Shown: piece by piece, positions 63,462 through 64,000 of the stretch
Layout of the letters: each line of letters begins with the position of its first letter
Numbering within the stretch: position 1 is the first letter of the stretch
Source of the DNA: Octopus sinensis
Lineage: Eukaryota
Assembly: GCF_006345805.1 (NCBI RefSeq)
Contig: NC_043024.1
Location: 18,724,001 to 18,788,000 of the forward strand
Direction: 5' to 3'
Length of the DNA: 64,000 nucleotides
Notes under the pieces: model-generated
What the model saw: the letters and a program-made list of their open reading frames with translations, nothing else
The model's database searches: none
Told to the model about the DNA's origin: nothing
Position numbers and translations under genes: made by a program

Positions 63462-63883
63462 ACTCTTTTACTTGTTTCAGTCATTTTGACTGTGGCCATG
63501 CTGGAGCACAGCCTTTAGTCGATCGAGCAAATCGACCCCAGGACTTATTCTTTGTAAGCCGAGTACTTATTCAATCGGTCTCTTTTGCCAAACCGCTAAG
63601 TTACGGGGATGTAAACACACCAGTATCAGTTGTCAAGTGATGTTGGGGGAACAAACACAGACACACAAACACACACACACACATACATACACACACACAC
63701 ACACATATATACATATATACGATGGGCTTCTTTCAGTTTCCATCTATCAAATCCACTCGCAAGGCTTTGATCGGCCCAAGGCTATAGCAGAAGACACTTG
63801 CCCAAGGTGCCACACAGTGGGTCTGAACCCGGAACCATGTGGTTCGTAAGTAAGCTGCTTACCACACAGCCACTCCTACACCT
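63462..63883 (-). mobile_element. SINE family A copy
   Basis: Match to family A. Confidence 0.9.
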
Positions 63884-64000
63884 ATTCTTCACTATCTTCA
63901 AAATTAATTGAAAGAAAGGCAGTGGATTTCAACAGATATGGTAACAAAAGAGTTAAAGTGATCTCAGTTAAAACATTCCATCAAAATTAATTTTTAATCT

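Overview
AT-rich, microsatellite-dense eukaryotic DNA. The repeat families suggest a cephalopod, probably Octopus; this is inferred from the repeat style, not from a search. No host gene can be called with confidence, and almost all ORFs in the supplied track are microsatellite artefacts. The window is a mosaic of mobile elements: the stop-free 5' part of an RTE LINE (APE endonuclease), several RTE and CR1 3' fragments, at least five tRNA-headed SINE families, Penelope-like (PLE) RT remnants, a decayed Gypsy integrase with PPT and LTR, a mariner split by a CR1 insertion, a full-length decayed DD37D (maT) transposon, a non-autonomous Helitron, TTAA-type MITEs and a higher-order satellite. The most notable signal, read directly from the sequence, is a high density of minimal type I hammerhead ribozyme (HHR) motifs, at about 14 loci. 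Five sit as outward-facing pairs in both arms of 230-440 bp foldback elements. Two of these foldbacks carry compensatory swaps of the tertiary 3-8 core pair: G3-C8 at about 18.9 kb and U3-A8 at about 22.55 kb. Ribozyme activity is predicted from motif and pairing only and has not been tested.
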